Shown here piece after piece: positions 20,461-31,666 of a DNA stretch of 64,000 nt. The notes under the pieces are model-generated. The model saw only the letters and a program-made list of their open reading frames with translations, did not search any database and was not told the origin of the DNA. The stretch lies in NCBI RefSeq assembly GCF_055900595.2, contig NZ_CM148325.1. One strand, 5' to 3'. The position numbers were made by a program, and so were the translations under genes. Within the stretch, counting starts at the first letter, position 1. Each line of letters opens with the position of its first letter.

Positions 20461-22662
20461 TTACTGCTGTGGTTGTTGCTGAGTTGATTTTTGCAGGATG
20501 CTGTTGATGTCCATGCGCTGCGCATGACCCTGTGCCTGACTTTTCAGGACAAGCTCTGCATCAGCACGGGCATTGTCTCCTTGCTGTTGCTGGAACTGTC
20601 CGAGCAGTTTCAGAGCCTCGCGGATATCAGATTTCTGCTGGCTATCGGCAGATGCGAGGATTTTCACAACATTTGCCGCTGCAACCTGAGCATCAGTCTG
20701 TGCCTGGAATGCTTTAACCTGAATGGCTGCCTGTTCGTTCTGCGCTTTCTGCAATTCAGCCTGACCAGCAAGAAGCTGACCTTGCGCTGCAACCATAGCC
20801 GGATCTGGCTGACTGGCCTGTTGTTGTTTCGCCTGTTCAACCATCTGCTGTTCTTCAGGCGTTCTCGGCTTGATAACGCCAGACAGAAGCAACTGATTGC
20901 GGTTGTATTCTTTCAGGTCGTCCATCCCTTCGCCGTCCATATTGTCGAGAATCATCGACGATACAAGGTCGTGCTTCGGAGTTCCTGGTGGGATAAGTGC
21001 CAGCATGGAAAGTAACGACTTAACCGTTGCATCACGGCGAGTAGCGAACGACTGGCCAACATCGACAGTCACTTCATAGTTACCCTGCGAAAGGTCATTA
21101 AGCGCGATAACCTGCCCTGTCTGACGGTCAACCACTTCACCAGTCATCAGCGCCACGTCATCGCTGCCGTCCTCATTAACGATACGCATCGGCGTATCAC
21201 TGCCATAGACTTCACGAGCCATAGAAAGCCACACGACGCCAGCACGGCGCATGGATTTAGCCATGTTGTCCATGTAGATATAGGACTGCGTGTCCATCCG
21301 GTTAAAGATGCTATCAACGGTATCGGTAGCGACGTTGCTCGGCATGTTCTCAAGCTGCGACGCACCTGTAATTTGCTGAATAGCCGTTCCGGTGTACTGC
21401 AATAGCCCAGCAAGAGCAGGAGGCATTTGTGTCGGAGGTGTATAACTGCTGACCTGAGCCTGCGCAGTAATATCTCCGTTTTTGTTTTTCAGACTGACCA
21501 TCGGCAGGAACGCCGGGCGCTTTTTGTTGCGCTCCGCCCAATGAGTGGCAAGAGGACCAGGAATCATGTCAACATCAACTACAGGAATGCCATCGCCGCC
21601 AGCCTGAGTGGCGTTATCTGCAATCATGGAAACCATCAGGTTCTCAAGACGCTGTGCATCCATCGCTTTTGCTGCGTGGCCTTCGATTCGCTCCTGATTA
21701 TCAACAAATGATCGACGCCCATATACCGGGATGAGAGGAATATGTTCGCCCGGAATACGCTTCGGTTCTTCCAGCCATTCAGCGCCAGACAGAAGACCGC
21801 AATAAACTCTGCGTTTCTTCACTGTCCGCTCACCAATCAGTTCGAATGCGCCATCGGTCAGCTCGTCGACAATATCTTTGATTTGCTCTTCATCATAGAT
21901 TGCCGTTTCTCCGCTGACAGGGTTGCGCCATGCCGTGAGCTTCACCTTCTCTATGCGAACTTCGTAGTAGCGACCAACATAGATAGCATCAGGGGTTGAC
22001 CAGTCATATTGAGTGCCAGTGTCATCACGAGAAAGGCTTGCTGCGATGGAATCAGGGTATTCAGCCTCGAACGCTTTAGGCGTCATGGAGAACATTTCCA
22101 TAGCCCACATAGCATCAGAGCGGTCATATTGCTTGCTGTCCTGATCGAAGAAGACGCATGTCGCCGGGTCGTAAACAGGAAGAAGGCTGATGCGTCGCTG
22201 CTCGTTACTTGGGTCCATTTCATCTTCGTAATCGGCACACATGCGGAAACAACCGAATCCGCCCGTTACGGCATCATCAAATGCGTTATCACACGCTTCG
22301 CCACCGGATGTTTCCTGATAGTCAGCGCGGAATTTGCCGTTCATCTTTTCGGCTAACGCTTCCGATGCCTTATCGTCCTTCGGCCTGAATTTAACGCTTA
22401 TGCGATTCTGTCGATACTCGCCAATGATGCGATCACATTCACGGGCAATCTTATTCAGTTCAAAGCGCGGGTAATGCTCAAACCTTCCTTCATCAAATGA
22501 GTAACCAGCGTTTGTGCTGCCTTCCCACTGTGCGCCGGACACCCGGACGAAACGTTGAGCCTCAATAATCTGCTCTCGCATATCCTGCGTTGCTGACCAG
22601 GCATTATCAAAGTTGCACAGCACCTTGCGATGCCAGTAAGTCATCTTTCTATCATCAGCCAT
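20461..22662 (-). CDS. Portal protein, P22 gp1-like
   Basis: ~733 aa; Gln-rich C-terminal barrel (QQMVEQAKQQQASQPDPAMVAAQGQLLAGQAELQKAQNEQ); start taken at MADDRK, upstream ATG also possible. Confidence 0.8.
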   Translation of the reverse strand: MADDRKMTYWHRKVLCNFDNAWSATQDMREQIIEAQRFVRVSGAQWEGSTNAGYSFDEGRFEHYPRFELNKIARECDRIIGEYRQNRISVKFRPKDDKASEALAEKMNGKFRADYQETSGGEACDNAFDDAVTGGFGCFRMCADYEDEMDPSNEQRRISLLPVYDPATCVFFDQDSKQYDRSDAMWAMEMFSMTPKAFEAEYPDSIAASLSRDDTGTQYDWSTPDAIYVGRYYEVRIEKVKLTAWRNPVSGETAIYDEEQIKDIVDELTDGAFELIGERTVKKRRVYCGLLSGAEWLEEPKRIPGEHIPLIPVYGRRSFVDNQERIEGHAAKAMDAQRLENLMVSMIADNATQAGGDGIPVVDVDMIPGPLATHWAERNKKRPAFLPMVSLKNKNGDITAQAQVSSYTPPTQMPPALAGLLQYTGTAIQQITGASQLENMPSNVATDTVDSIFNRMDTQSYIYMDNMAKSMRRAGVVWLSMAREVYGSDTPMRIVNEDGSDDVALMTGEVVDRQTGQVIALNDLSQGNYEVTVDVGQSFATRRDATVKSLLSMLALIPPGTPKHDLVSSMILDNMDGEGMDDLKEYNRNQLLLSGVIKPRTPEEQQMVEQAKQQQASQPDPAMVAAQGQLLAGQAELQKAQNEQAAIQVKAFQAQTDAQVAAANVVKILASADSQQKSDIREALKLLGQFQQQQGDNARADAELVLKSQAQGHAQRMDINSILQKSTQQQPQQ

Positions 22663-24158
22663 CATCCAACTCCGCAAGGTATGTTGTAGCTTGAGTAATC
22701 AATCTCTTTAGGATCTTTGATGTCTCGCATCTGTATTGCATAACGCCTCATCATGTAGCCATAGCGAACAGCAGAAAGGATGTCGTCATTTAGCTTGACG
22801 ATCTTCCCGTTCTCATCGCGGTGATACAGGCGAAACTCTTCAAAGAATGGCTCGCAGGTGTTAAATACCTTGAAACGACCGTCGAGCATCATGTCGCGTA
22901 TCTCTGCTATCCCTGGTTCGACCGCATTACCTCCATCAGGCCATGTTGCATGATCTGGCAACATGTCGAACCCAGCGTCGGCGTATTGTTCCTTGAGCTG
23001 AGCGCCGCCTCCCTTTTCGTGCTGATGCCCGTCATGAGGCCAAGCCGTAGGGGTGTTTTTGCTCCATGCTTTAACAGCACTCCATGCCTCTGTCGCCTTC
23101 TTCTGTTTGGCCTTCCAGACGCGAGAAAGATAAATCACGTCCTCGTCTTTATCCCACCAAAGCTGGATATGTGCCTGTGGGTGATCCCATCCGAAGTCCA
23201 TTGCATTGATGACGTAGAAGTGATCAGGACACTCGAACGGCTGACACTTAATCGTCTCTTCCGGTATCTGGAAGATTCGACCGCTACCCATCGTAGGAAT
23301 ACCGCGAGCACGCGCCTCTCTCTCATGCTCGGGATAGGATGCGATGATTTGCTCTTTCTGCTCGTCGGTGTAGTGCTCAGCGTCATAGATGGTCATGTTG
23401 ACCACTTTCTGCGACTTGCTGGGATTCTTCAGGAACTTGGTAACAACGTCAGACATCCCCATCAGCGGGGTAAACGTCAGAATTGAGAATTGCCCGTATT
23501 TGTTGGTACGGGTAAGACCTTCGCCATAAATGCTGTATGGTGGCTCTTCGTCAAACCACACGCCGTGGATTGTGTCACCCTGCCAGCGAGCGCGGCCTTG
23601 CGAGTATGGTTTGAAGTAGCAGATTGAAATGCCATCTTCAACGCCATCGGCCGTGTGATGCTTAACCAGAAGATGATCAACAAGGTTCGGAAAGAAAGGA
23701 GACTTCTTCCAGCTAATGATGTCTTCTTTAGGTATGGAACCGTAGCCTGGCTCATCATTCTCTTCGATACGACCACACAGGATGCGTTGAGTCGTTTTGG
23801 TTACAGTCTCGTTTGTCTCGCCGCCAATCCAGAAGACAACAGGCTCATAGAAACGCTTACCTTTCCACTCACCGCCATATTTACCATCAGCAGGATAGCC
23901 TTTTGTGCCCGGATAACGCCCGGTAAGGTGAAACGCGACTTCAGCAGCACCAGTAAATGACTTACCAAGCTGGTTACCAGCCATAAAACATCGCTCTGGA
24001 TAGTCATGCCCGGCGTCGATGAACTCACGCTGTTTGCTGTATGGCGTAAATTCATATAGCAGGTGTGTGTTACGGTAGTTCTCTTCTTCTTCGAGTAGCT
24101 CGAGCAATTCGATTTGCTCTTCGTCGCTCAGGTTATCAAGAATCGCGTCCAGTTCCAC
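22662..24158 (-). CDS. Terminase large subunit (P22 gp2-like)
   Basis: 498 aa; [15 protein letters not shown] Walker-A-like ATPase motif. Confidence 0.85.
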   Translation of the reverse strand: MELDAILDNLSDEEQIELLELLEEEENYRNTHLLYEFTPYSKQREFIDAGHDYPERCFMAGNQLGKSFTGAAEVAFHLTGRYPGTKGYPADGKYGGEWKGKRFYEPVVFWIGGETNETVTKTTQRILCGRIEENDEPGYGSIPKEDIISWKKSPFFPNLVDHLLVKHHTADGVEDGISICYFKPYSQGRARWQGDTIHGVWFDEEPPYSIYGEGLTRTNKYGQFSILTFTPLMGMSDVVTKFLKNPSKSQKVVNMTIYDAEHYTDEQKEQIIASYPEHEREARARGIPTMGSGRIFQIPEETIKCQPFECPDHFYVINAMDFGWDHPQAHIQLWWDKDEDVIYLSRVWKAKQKKATEAWSAVKAWSKNTPTAWPHDGHQHEKGGGAQLKEQYADAGFDMLPDHATWPDGGNAVEPGIAEIRDMMLDGRFKVFNTCEPFFEEFRLYHRDENGKIVKLNDDILSAVRYGYMMRRYAIQMRDIKDPKEIDYSSYNIPCGVG

Positions 24159-24630
24159 GGTTGAATAGCTCCTTGATACGAGAGCGTCGCTTATCGCGAT
24201 CTCCCTTATCAGGTGTCACGTCTTCAACTTGCGACTGCTCTTTGAGGCCCAAATCACGGGCGATGATGTTAGCGTTGAGAAGGTCAGCAGCAGCGCCAGA
24301 GAATTTCTGGTCGTAGATGACCTGTTCTGCTCGCGTAACGACTTCAGATAAATCTTCTCGCAGGCGATATGTGCGCCATGTTTCAAGCGTCACATCAATG
24401 AACAGAGTGAGTCCGGTAATGGTCATCGCTCGCATCTTGGCGATAGGCTCTTGTATCACTTCACCCTGATACGAGAACGCCTTCATCTCCCATAGCGGGT
24501 TAGCTTCCACCCACTCGAAGTATTCACAACAAGCAGCCCACAGCGCCTCAGGCGATTCGAATTTAGGGTTTCGCCCATGACTACTGCGGGCCTCCCAAAA
24601 TCGGTTGCCCTTTGGTGCTGCCATATTCAT
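24136..24630 (-). CDS. Terminase small subunit (P22 gp3-like)
   Basis: 164 aa directly upstream of and overlapping the large terminase gene. Confidence 0.7.
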   Translation of the reverse strand: MNMAAPKGNRFWEARSSHGRNPKFESPEALWAACCEYFEWVEANPLWEMKAFSYQGEVIQEPIAKMRAMTITGLTLFIDVTLETWRTYRLREDLSEVVTRAEQVIYDQKFSGAAADLLNANIIARDLGLKEQSQVEDVTPDKGDRDKRRSRIKELFNRGTGRDS

Positions 24631-24647
24631 CTCACTTAGTTGTTATT

Positions 24648-25046
24648 TCAGGCTGATGACTCTTTCGCGCTTTCAATCAGTGACTGCTTCAGCAAGTAAC
24701 CTTCGAGCATCCAGATTTTGTTTACAGCATTCTGCCGGGCAATCTTCCGACCAATTTCTGCATCAAAGTTTTCCGGGCTTGCACAGGCACTCTCTCCGGT
24801 GACGGTGAAGCCATTCTTCAGCACCAGTACGCAGAAAGTGAGCAACTTCAATGGTGATAAATCACGATCGCCTTCTTCTGGTTTTTCCCTGCCACAATAT
24901 TCGTTGCTGGAAATGGCACCATTACGTCCATCATAAGCAGTAAAGTAATGCTCGCTTTTAATCACGTCTTCGATGTGCTGAGGAGTGATTCGCGGGGCTG
25001 TTTTGCCTTTCTCAACGATTTCTTTTTCGATTTGCTGGTCGCTCAT
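24648..25046 (-). CDS. Hypothetical phage protein (Gp49-like)
   Basis: 132 aa ORF upstream of the terminase genes; family call from memory only. Confidence 0.45.
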   Translation of the reverse strand: MSDQQIEKEIVEKGKTAPRITPQHIEDVIKSEHYFTAYDGRNGAISSNEYCGREKPEEGDRDLSPLKLLTFCVLVLKNGFTVTGESACASPENFDAEIGRKIARQNAVNKIWMLEGYLLKQSLIESAKESSA

Positions 25047-25334
25047 AATTATGACCCTGTAGAGTGGTTGCTTGATTAGGATGTCTTTCCATCAGTCCGC
25101 CACCACAAAGAATCTTTTTTGCCATAAGGCAGGAGGTTCATCTTTCAGTGGCTGCCGGTGTTATTTCCCCACTTACTGGCTTGGGTTGCTTCGTGGTACT
25201 GCCGTAACTGGTTGCCAAGAATAAATTCCGGTTTCATTATCAAGCCCACCCGTAGATGGGCTTTGTAATGGATAGCCGTTGCTCAGTTCTCGTAATGCTT
25301 TGATTTTTCCGATAACGCAGTTTTGCGTTTGCCA

Positions 25335-25856
25335 TCAGCACGCGATATCGAGAGTCAACTGCAGTTGCTCGCGCCAGTACTCAACATTTGCTTCAATAAC
25401 CGGCTTATCCCATCGCCAGCGAGCCATCTCTCTTGCCCCATTGCTGGCTTTTGATTTCCGGTCATCGCGAATGCGACATGCTTGCTCATATTTCTGCTGC
25501 TCAGTCAGTTCACCGCGAAGCAGACTATCAATGTGCAGGTCGCACCACACAGCAAAACGAGCATCACACCAACGGGCAAATGCAACTGAAAGTTTTGGAT
25601 GTAGCCACGTACCACCACCCCTGTCCTTTCGTGCCTTGCTGGTTTTTACATACCTCGATTGTGAGGGATGTAAAATTTGAGATTCTTTCCCGGTCAACGC
25701 TTCGTCTAAAGCACGAACGTATTCAAGCGTTTCTGCCAAACGCATCCAGTTATCAATGCGTTTCCCAAATCTCTCAGCAACACCTGTGACGTTGATCCAA
25801 CCATCAGTGTTGAAACTGACAATTTCACCTTTGTAATTAAGTGGCACGATATTCAT
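25335..25856 (-). CDS. KilA-N domain protein
   Basis: 173 aa; TWLHPKLSVAFARWCDARFAVW resembles the KilA-N/APSES DNA-binding motif. Confidence 0.6.
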   Translation of the reverse strand: MNIVPLNYKGEIVSFNTDGWINVTGVAERFGKRIDNWMRLAETLEYVRALDEALTGKESQILHPSQSRYVKTSKARKDRGGGTWLHPKLSVAFARWCDARFAVWCDLHIDSLLRGELTEQQKYEQACRIRDDRKSKASNGAREMARWRWDKPVIEANVEYWREQLQLTLDIAC

Positions 25857-26057
25857 AACGTTTACCTACCATTTGAAATGAACCTTTGCCGCATAGGAAA
25901 CCAGCCCACCGAGGCTCGCCAGCACTAACTGGTATCCTCAAAGGCCCATTCCAAAGGGGCAGGTTCGGTGTAAAAAACATGCGTTGCGGTACGCATTTAT
26001 TGCAAAAAGCCCCGCATCGCGAGGCTCATTAAATTGACTTTGTGATTTGCAAAAAAA

Positions 26058-26495
26058 TTATTTCAGGCATTGCGTCCTGATGTATTCCTGCAGGTAGTTA
26101 ACCTGCGCGGTTATCTTGTCGATTCCACTTCGGAGACGGTAATAATTGAGTTCAGCATCTGCTGTAAGTCTTGGGCTTTCTCCATCGCCCATGCCGCTGG
26201 CTCCGGTCTTTGACTTTGCACAGGAGGCGGCGACTTGCAGCCGCTTACGCCCAGCAGAAACATCATCACGGAGACTTTCGATAGTCGCGTTAGCATCAGC
26301 AAGCTCCTTTGTATATCTGGCATCGAGTTCTGCTACATCACGTTGACGCTTCTGCATATCAGCGATGATGGATGTGGCTTTATCGCGCTGGTCTTTGTAG
26401 GCGATGGCGTTATCACGGTAATGATTAACAGCCCATGACAGGCAGACGATGATGCAGATAACCAGAGCGGAGATAATCGCGGTGACTCTGCTCAT
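26058..26495 (-). CDS. Rz: Spanin inner-membrane subunit Rz
   Basis: [31 protein letters not shown] matches lambda Rz N-terminus; follows endolysin R. Confidence 0.85.
   Translation of the reverse strand: MSRVTAIISALVICIIVCLSWAVNHYRDNAIAYKDQRDKATSIIADMQKRQRDVAELDARYTKELADANATIESLRDDVSAGRKRLQVAASCAKSKTGASGMGDGESPRLTADAELNYYRLRSGIDKITAQVNYLQEYIRTQCLK
26111..26323 (-). CDS. Rz1: Spanin outer-membrane lipoprotein Rz1, embedded in Rz in another frame
   Basis: Internal ORF with lipobox LLGVSGC and proline-rich stretch [13 protein letters not shown]; true start probably the internal MM. Confidence 0.6.
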   Translation of the reverse strand: MPDIQRSLLMLTRLSKVSVMMFLLGVSGCKSPPPVQSQRPEPAAWAMEKAQDLQQMLNSIITVSEVESTR

Positions 26496-26968
26496 ACCTC
26501 AATCTCTCTGACCGTTCCGCCCTCTTCTTTGAATTTTGCAATCAGGCTGTCAGCCTTATGCTCGAACTGACCATAACCAGCCCCCGGCAGTGAAGCCCAG
26601 ATATTGCTGCAACGGTCGATAGCCTGACGGATATCACCGCGATCAATCATCGGTAAAGCGCCACGCTCTTTAATCTGCTGCAATGCCACAGCGTCCTGGC
26701 TTTTGGGAGAGAAGTCTTTCAGGCCAAGCTGCTTACGATAGGCATCCCACCAACGGGAAAGAAGCTGGTAACGTCCGGCTGCTGTTGATTTGAGTTTGGG
26801 GTTTAGCGTGACAAGTTTGCGAGGGTGATCGGAGTAATCAGTAAATAGCTCTCCGCCAACAATGACGTCATAACCATGATTTCTGGTTTTCTGACGTCCG
26901 TTATCTGTCCCCTCTGACCACGCCAGCATATCGAGGAACGCCTTACGTTGATTATTGATTTCCACCAT
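26492..26968 (-). CDS. R: Endolysin (lambda R lytic transglycosylase)
   Basis: 158 aa, [49 protein letters not shown], essentially lambda R. Confidence 0.92.
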   Translation of the reverse strand: MVEINNQRKAFLDMLAWSEGTDNGRQKTRNHGYDVIVGGELFTDYSDHPRKLVTLNPKLKSTAAGRYQLLSRWWDAYRKQLGLKDFSPKSQDAVALQQIKERGALPMIDRGDIRQAIDRCSNIWASLPGAGYGQFEHKADSLIAKFKEEGGTVREIEV

Positions 26969-27275
26969 CTTCTACTCCGGCTTTTTTAGCAGCGAAGCGT
27001 TTGATAAGCGAACCAATCGAGTCAGTACCGATGTAGCCGATGAACACGCTCGTTATATAAGCGAGATTGCTACTTAGTCCGGCGAAGTCGAGAAGGTCAC
27101 GAATGAACCAGGCGATAATGGCGCACATCGTTGCGTCGATTACTGTTTTTGTAAACGCACCGCCATTATATCTGCCGCGAAGGTACGCCATTGCAAACGC
27201 AAGGATTGCCCCGATGCCTTGTTCCTTTGCCGCGAGAATGGCGGCTAACAGGTCATGTTTTTCTGGCATCTTCAT
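26952..27275 (-). CDS. S: Holin (lambda S, dual-start S107/S105 type)
   Basis: [41 protein letters not shown], 107 aa. Confidence 0.92.
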   Translation of the reverse strand: MKMPEKHDLLAAILAAKEQGIGAILAFAMAYLRGRYNGGAFTKTVIDATMCAIIAWFIRDLLDFAGLSSNLAYITSVFIGYIGTDSIGSLIKRFAAKKAGVEDGGNQ

Positions 27276-27598
27276 GTCTTACCCCCAATAAGGGGATTTG
27301 CTCTATTTAATTAGGAATAAGGTCGATTACTGATAGAACAAATCCAGGCTACTGTGTTTAGTAATCAGATTTGTTCGTGACCGATATGCACGGGCAAAAC
27401 GGCAGGAGGTTGTTAGCGCAGCCTCTTGCCACCCGCTTTCACGAAGGTCATATGTAGAAGGCCGCAGCATAACTATCACTGATGAATTCAGGATAGCCAG
27501 TGGCTACGGCTCAGTTTGGGTTGTGCTGTTGCTGGGCGGCGATGACGCCTGTACGCATTTGGTGATCCGGTTCTGCTTCCGGCATTCGCTTAATTCAG

Positions 27599-27685
27599 CA
27601 CAACGGAAAGAGCATTTATGGCTCGCATCGCGGGAAAAAGCCCACGGTAGAGAGTCGAACTCTACAAATACTCTTACCTGTTGTG
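27599..27685 (-). ncRNA. Long-stem stem-loop A in the Q-S intergenic region (putative structured RNA element)
   Basis: CACAACGGAAAGAGCA at 27599-27614 pairs with CTCTTACCTGTTGTG at 27671-27685. Confidence 0.3.
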
Positions 27686-28033
27686 CGCTCCGTTTCGTGG
27701 AGCTAACGGCGACGCTAGTACCGGTCTATGCGTCGCACCCTTGAGGGATTTACTAAGGCGACATGCCCGTTGTTACCCACTCAATTGGACCCTCCCCGTC
27801 GCCATCTGGGTCTAGTCAGGAATCGAACCTGCCGAGGGTACATTTGAATGGGTGCCCATTATTAATCACACCGGGCCAGTGCGCCGAATTTGGTAGCGGG
27901 GAGTCGGAAGACCCCGTGATTTTGGTTTCTTAGGCCGCCATCAACATCAAATCATCGTTTGCATTTATCTTTGTGGTCAGTTTCTAAAAACCCGCAAAGT
28001 CGCCAACTCTGACGAAAACTATCGTTGTGCTGC

Positions 28034-28101
28034 CACAACGATAAGAGCACTCGGTGCATTTAAGCCAAGCCCCATAAGGGAGAATGCTCTTACCTGTTGT
28101 G
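28034..28101 (-). ncRNA. Stem-loop B, second copy of the same stem motif
   Basis: CACAACGATAAGAGCA at 28034-28049 pairs with CTCTTACCTGTTGTG at 28087-28101. Confidence 0.3.
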
Positions 28102-28138
28102 CAAACGCAAAAAGCCCTGAGCTATTAACTCAGGGCTT
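28100..28138 (-). terminator. Rho-independent terminator just downstream of the late promoter
   Basis: AAAGCCCTGAGTTAATAGCTCAGGGCTTT hairpin followed by TTTTGCGTTTG on the transcribed strand. Confidence 0.6.
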
Positions 28139-28158
28139 TATTTAACGAGTGCATTTAT

Positions 28159-28201
28159 CCATCGTTGAGTCAAATTTACCCAACTTTATTCAATAAGTCA
28201 A
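28159..28201 (-). promoter_or_regulatory. Late promoter pR'-like (Q-dependent antitermination site)
   Basis: Reverse strand TTGACTTATTGAATAAAGTTGGGTAAATTTGACTCAACGATGG: TTGACT -35, 17 bp spacer, TAAATT -10, immediately downstream of Q. Confidence 0.7.
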
Positions 28202-28243
28202 TATCATGCCGTTAATATGTTGCCATCCGTGGCAATCATGCTG

Positions 28244-28867
28244 CTAACGTGTGACCGCATTCAAAATATTGTCTGCGATTGACTCTTCCTTGTGGCATTG
28301 CACCACCAGAGCGTCATACAGCGGCTTAACAGTGCGTGACCATGTGGGTTGGGTAAGGTTGGGGATTAGCATCGTTACAGCGCGATATGCGGCGCTTGCT
28401 GGCATCCTTGAATAGCCGACGCCTTTGCATCTTCCACACTCTTTCTCAACAACTCTCCCCCACAGCTCTGTTTTGGCAATATCAACCGCACGGCCTGTAC
28501 CGTGGCAATCTCTGCATCTTGCGCCCGGCGTCGCGGCACTACGGCAATAATCAGCATAAGCGAATGTTGCGAGCACTTGCAGTACCTTTGCCTTAGTATT
28601 TCCTTCAAGCTTTGCCACACCACGGTATTTACCCGATACCTTGTGTGCAAATTGCATCAGATAGTTGATAGCCTTTTGTTTGTCGTTCTGGCTGAGTTCG
28701 TGCTTACCGCAGAATGCAGCCATACCGAATCCGGCTTGTGATTGCGCCATCCCCATAGCAGCCATCACATCAGTACCGGAAAGGGAGTCAGAAGCCGTGG
28801 CCCGTGGTGAGTCGCTCATCATCGGGCTTTTTGGCGAATGAAATTTAGCTACGCTTTCGAGTCTCAT
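28244..28867 (-). CDS. Q: Late-gene antiterminator Q
   Basis: 207 aa, zinc-binding [12 protein letters not shown]...CGRCKGVGY; matches lambda Q in length and sequence. Confidence 0.9.
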   Translation of the reverse strand: MRLESVAKFHSPKSPMMSDSPRATASDSLSGTDVMAAMGMAQSQAGFGMAAFCGKHELSQNDKQKAINYLMQFAHKVSGKYRGVAKLEGNTKAKVLQVLATFAYADYCRSAATPGARCRDCHGTGRAVDIAKTELWGRVVEKECGRCKGVGYSRMPASAAYRAVTMLIPNLTQPTWSRTVKPLYDALVVQCHKEESIADNILNAVTR

Positions 28868-29529
28868 GCGCCTTCTCCCTGTACCTGAATCAATGTGAGG
28901 TTTCCGCAGAACACTGCTCCGGTATCGATATACATTTGGTTGGCAAACTTGAGTGGTTTCACTGCTGGCGTATGACCAAAGATGAACGTGTCCGCTCCTT
29001 TGATTTCTTTTACGATCCCGTCTTGTGAGTTGCTGATTCGTTCGCGGTTCCAGATTACCTGCTGATGAACAACTGGCTTTCCAAACTCGTATTCGTCACA
29101 AGGATAATCGGCGTGGCAGATAACATATTTTTTACCTTTGCTCACCAGTTCAATGATTAACGGAAGTTCATCTGCTTTATGGGCAAGAGCTTTAGCCAGA
29201 ATTTCTTTGTCGTAATCGAGATTAAAGAACCAGCCACCGCCATTAAACAGCCAGTGATTGACGTTTCCACGCTCTGATAAGCCCTCAATCATCATTTGCT
29301 CATGGTTTCCACGTACAGCTCTGAACCAGGGGAATGTGATTAATTCCAGGCATTCAACGTTCTCTGCACCACGATCAACCAAATCGCCCACCGAGATAAG
29401 CAGGTCTTTTTTGTTGTCGAATCCAATCGTATCCAGTTTGTTCATCAGGTTCGTGTAGCATCCGTGCAGATCGCCAACTACCCAAATATTTCGGTATTTG
29501 CTGCCATCAATTTTTTCGTAATAGCGCAT
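28864..29529 (-). CDS. ninI: NinI Ser/Thr protein phosphatase
   Basis: From internal ATG reads [35 protein letters not shown] metallophosphatase motifs. Confidence 0.85.
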   Translation of the reverse strand: MRYYEKIDGSKYRNIWVVGDLHGCYTNLMNKLDTIGFDNKKDLLISVGDLVDRGAENVECLELITFPWFRAVRGNHEQMMIEGLSERGNVNHWLFNGGGWFFNLDYDKEILAKALAHKADELPLIIELVSKGKKYVICHADYPCDEYEFGKPVVHQQVIWNRERISNSQDGIVKEIKGADTFIFGHTPAVKPLKFANQMYIDTGAVFCGNLTLIQVQGEGA

Positions 29530-29713
29530 CTCTTTCACTCCATCCGCGATGAACCATAAGAACGTCGTTGACGATGGCGTGCATTTTCCCGTCTTTATCA
29601 TCAACGTATTTTCTGACCGTACCGCGACTACATTTCAGTCTGCGTGCTACTTCTGTCTGGTTTCCGTATGCTTCAACGAGCATGTCTGGAATGGTTTTTA
29701 CTGAGAACGTCAT
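29507..29713 (-). CDS. ninH: NinH
   Basis: 68 aa, [37 protein letters not shown] helix-turn-helix. Confidence 0.8.
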   Translation of the reverse strand: MTFSVKTIPDMLVEAYGNQTEVARRLKCSRGTVRKYVDDKDGKMHAIVNDVLMVHRGWSERDALLRKN

Positions 29714-30315
29714 GCGGCCTCACTTCTGCTATTTCGCAGGTCTTTGAGTTTCTGTTGGTACTCTGCCTTGATCGCCTTGCACTCTTCGACAGTCCAGCGA
29801 TGGCGGCTATGGTTTGATTCGATTTCGTCTACTGCTTCCTGCCCGATGCGGTTAATCAGTTCGACGCGATACGGAACGAGATTTCCGCTTTTGTGCTGGT
29901 TGCACACCACGCATTGCTTGTGAATATTGCGTTCATCAAATCGGAGTTGAGGTGCCGCAGCAGTTGTCCGGTAATGTCCGGCATCCCACTGAGCAGACGT
30001 GAGCGTTCCGCACGAGATACATGGTAAGTCGCGGTCTCTTTCTCTGATGAAGGCGTTTACGGCTTGTTGGGCTTGTTTAATCCAGTAACTGCGGGGCTTT
30101 AAGGCGAGTTTTCGAATCTTCAGTTTATCTTTCTGTTTCTGCTCCTCTCGTCGTCGTTTCTTCTCTGCTGCTTTTTCCGCTTTTTCGCGTTCTTTACTTC
30201 GTCGTTCGAGTGCTAATTGAGTTCCGTGTTCCGGGCTGCACCACCACTGATTTGAGAATGCCGGGTGAAACCATTCCTTGCAGATTTTGCATTTCCTTCG
30301 CGCTGGTTTAGCCAT
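29710..30315 (-). CDS. ninG: NinG (Rap) recombination-promoting endonuclease
   Basis: 201 aa, [31 protein letters not shown]...CVVCNQHK Cys-rich. Confidence 0.85.
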   Translation of the reverse strand: MAKPARRKCKICKEWFHPAFSNQWWCSPEHGTQLALERRSKEREKAEKAAEKKRRREEQKQKDKLKIRKLALKPRSYWIKQAQQAVNAFIRERDRDLPCISCGTLTSAQWDAGHYRTTAAAPQLRFDERNIHKQCVVCNQHKSGNLVPYRVELINRIGQEAVDEIESNHSRHRWTVEECKAIKAEYQQKLKDLRNSRSEAA

Positions 30316-30477
30316 CGTCTTCTTCCTCGTACATTGAGCTATTCGGATCGCTCATCAGTTCTGCGCAGCAGTGCTCACACACGTGAACTTCCAGCACATG
30401 CAGCTTCTGACCGCAGTTAGCGCACGTTAAAGCCCGCTCGACGCTTTGTTGTTCGTAACTTCGATTTGGGTCAATCA
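30308..30477 (-). CDS. ninF: NinF-like small protein (GTG start)
   Basis: Reverse strand reads (V)[55 protein letters not shown]; not in the ORF track (short, non-ATG start). Confidence 0.5.
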
Positions 30478-30657
30478 CCTTGTTTTCCTCGCACGTTCTC
30501 TAAGCCACCGGATATCCCACAGGTGAGCCGTGTAGTTGAAGGTTTTTACGTCAGATTCTTTCGGGATTGGCTTGCGTTTATTTCTGGAGCGTTTCGTTGG
30601 AAGGTATTTGCAGTTTTCGCAGATTATGTCGGTGATACTTCGTCGCTGTCTCGCCAC
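30475..30657 (-). CDS. ninE: NinE
   Basis: 60 aa, [60 protein letters not shown]. Confidence 0.8.
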   Translation of the reverse strand: MARQRRSITDIICENCKYLPTKRSRNKRKPIPKESDVKTFNYTAHLWDIRWLRERARKTR

Positions 30658-30794
30658 ACGTCCTCCTTTTCCTGCGGTAGTGGTAACACCCCTGTTGGTG
30701 TTCTTTCACGCCGGAGACACCATCGATTCCAGTCAGGTTGATTTGGTCGGAAGCGGTTATCTTCTTTGCATTCACCGCACCGATAACATCGCAT
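30624..30794 (-). CDS. ninD: NinD
   Basis: From internal ATG reads [33 protein letters not shown]...DEVSPT. Confidence 0.65.
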   Translation of the reverse strand: MRCYRCGECKEDNRFRPNQPDWNRWCLRRERTPTGVLPLPQEKEDVWRDSDEVSPT

Positions 30795-31666
30795 CATGCA
30801 GCTTCCCTCCCGAAGTCGAAATAAAGCTGCCCTCCAAATATTTCGCATGACTCAGAACAAGAGCCGGTATCGAATCTTTTAGCTCGTACCATGTCCTGAT
30901 ACAGGGCTTGATAATCATTTTCTGAATACATTTTCGCGATACCATCCAGCGACATTCTTCCTCGGTACATAATCTCCTTTGGTGTTTCCCGATGTCCGTC
31001 ACGCACATGCGATCCCGTGATGACCTCATTAAAAACACGCTGCAATCCCTCCTCATCTTTACAGGCAAGTCCGATTTTTTGCGTTGATTTTTTAATGCAG
31101 AATATGCAGTTACCGAGATGTTCCGGTATTTGCAAATCGAATGGTTGTTGCTTCCACCATGCGAGGATATCTTCCTTCTCAAAGTCTGACAGTTCAGCAA
31201 GATATCTGATTCCAGGCTTTGGCTTTAGCCGCTTCGGTTCATCAGCTCTGATGCCAATCCACGTGGTGTAATTCCCTCGCCCGAAATGGTCATCACAGTA
31301 TTTGGTGAAGGGAACGAGTTTTAATCTGTCAGTGCAGAACGCGCCGCCGACGTATGGAGTGCCATATTTCTTTACCATATCGATAAATGGCTTCAGAACA
31401 GGCATTTTCGTCTGAATATCCTTTGGTTCCCATACCGTATAACCATTTGACTGTCCAAGCTCTGGGTTGATATCAACCTGCAATACAGTGAGCGGTATAT
31501 CCCAGAACTTCACAACTTCGCGGATAAACCGATATGTCATCGGGTGTTCACAACCTGTATCCATGAAAACGTAATGCACGTCTTCACCTGCCTGTCGCTT
31601 TTGCTCCATTAGCCAGAGCAAATATGCTGACGTCCTGCCACCGGAGAAACTAACGACATTTATCAT
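30794..31666 (-). CDS. ninC: NinC (PAPS-reductase-like)
   Basis: From internal ATG reads [22 protein letters not shown], 290 aa; SGGRTS PP-loop. Confidence 0.8.
   Translation of the reverse strand: MINVVSFSGGRTSAYLLWLMEQKRQAGEDVHYVFMDTGCEHPMTYRFIREVVKFWDIPLTVLQVDINPELGQSNGYTVWEPKDIQTKMPVLKPFIDMVKKYGTPYVGGAFCTDRLKLVPFTKYCDDHFGRGNYTTWIGIRADEPKRLKPKPGIRYLAELSDFEKEDILAWWKQQPFDLQIPEHLGNCIFCIKKSTQKIGLACKDEEGLQRVFNEVITGSHVRDGHRETPKEIMYRGRMSLDGIAKMYSENDYQALYQDMVRAKRFDTGSCSESCEIFGGQLYFDFGREAA

Noticed and set aside
20491-21015. 174 aa plus-strand ORF inside the portal gene, and similar ORFs (8074-8286, 21742-22356, 22821-23486) inside tailspike and terminase genes
   Set aside because: All are antisense to long, motif-supported structural genes in a tightly packed operon.
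27800-27940. Possible tRNA gene in the Q-S intergenic region (GGTTCGATTCC T-loop-like motif; a plus-strand stretch ending GGCCGCCA)
   Set aside because: I could not fold a complete cloverleaf on either strand by eye (no complementary acceptor stem). Kept only as a note inside the Q-S finding pending tRNAscan-SE.
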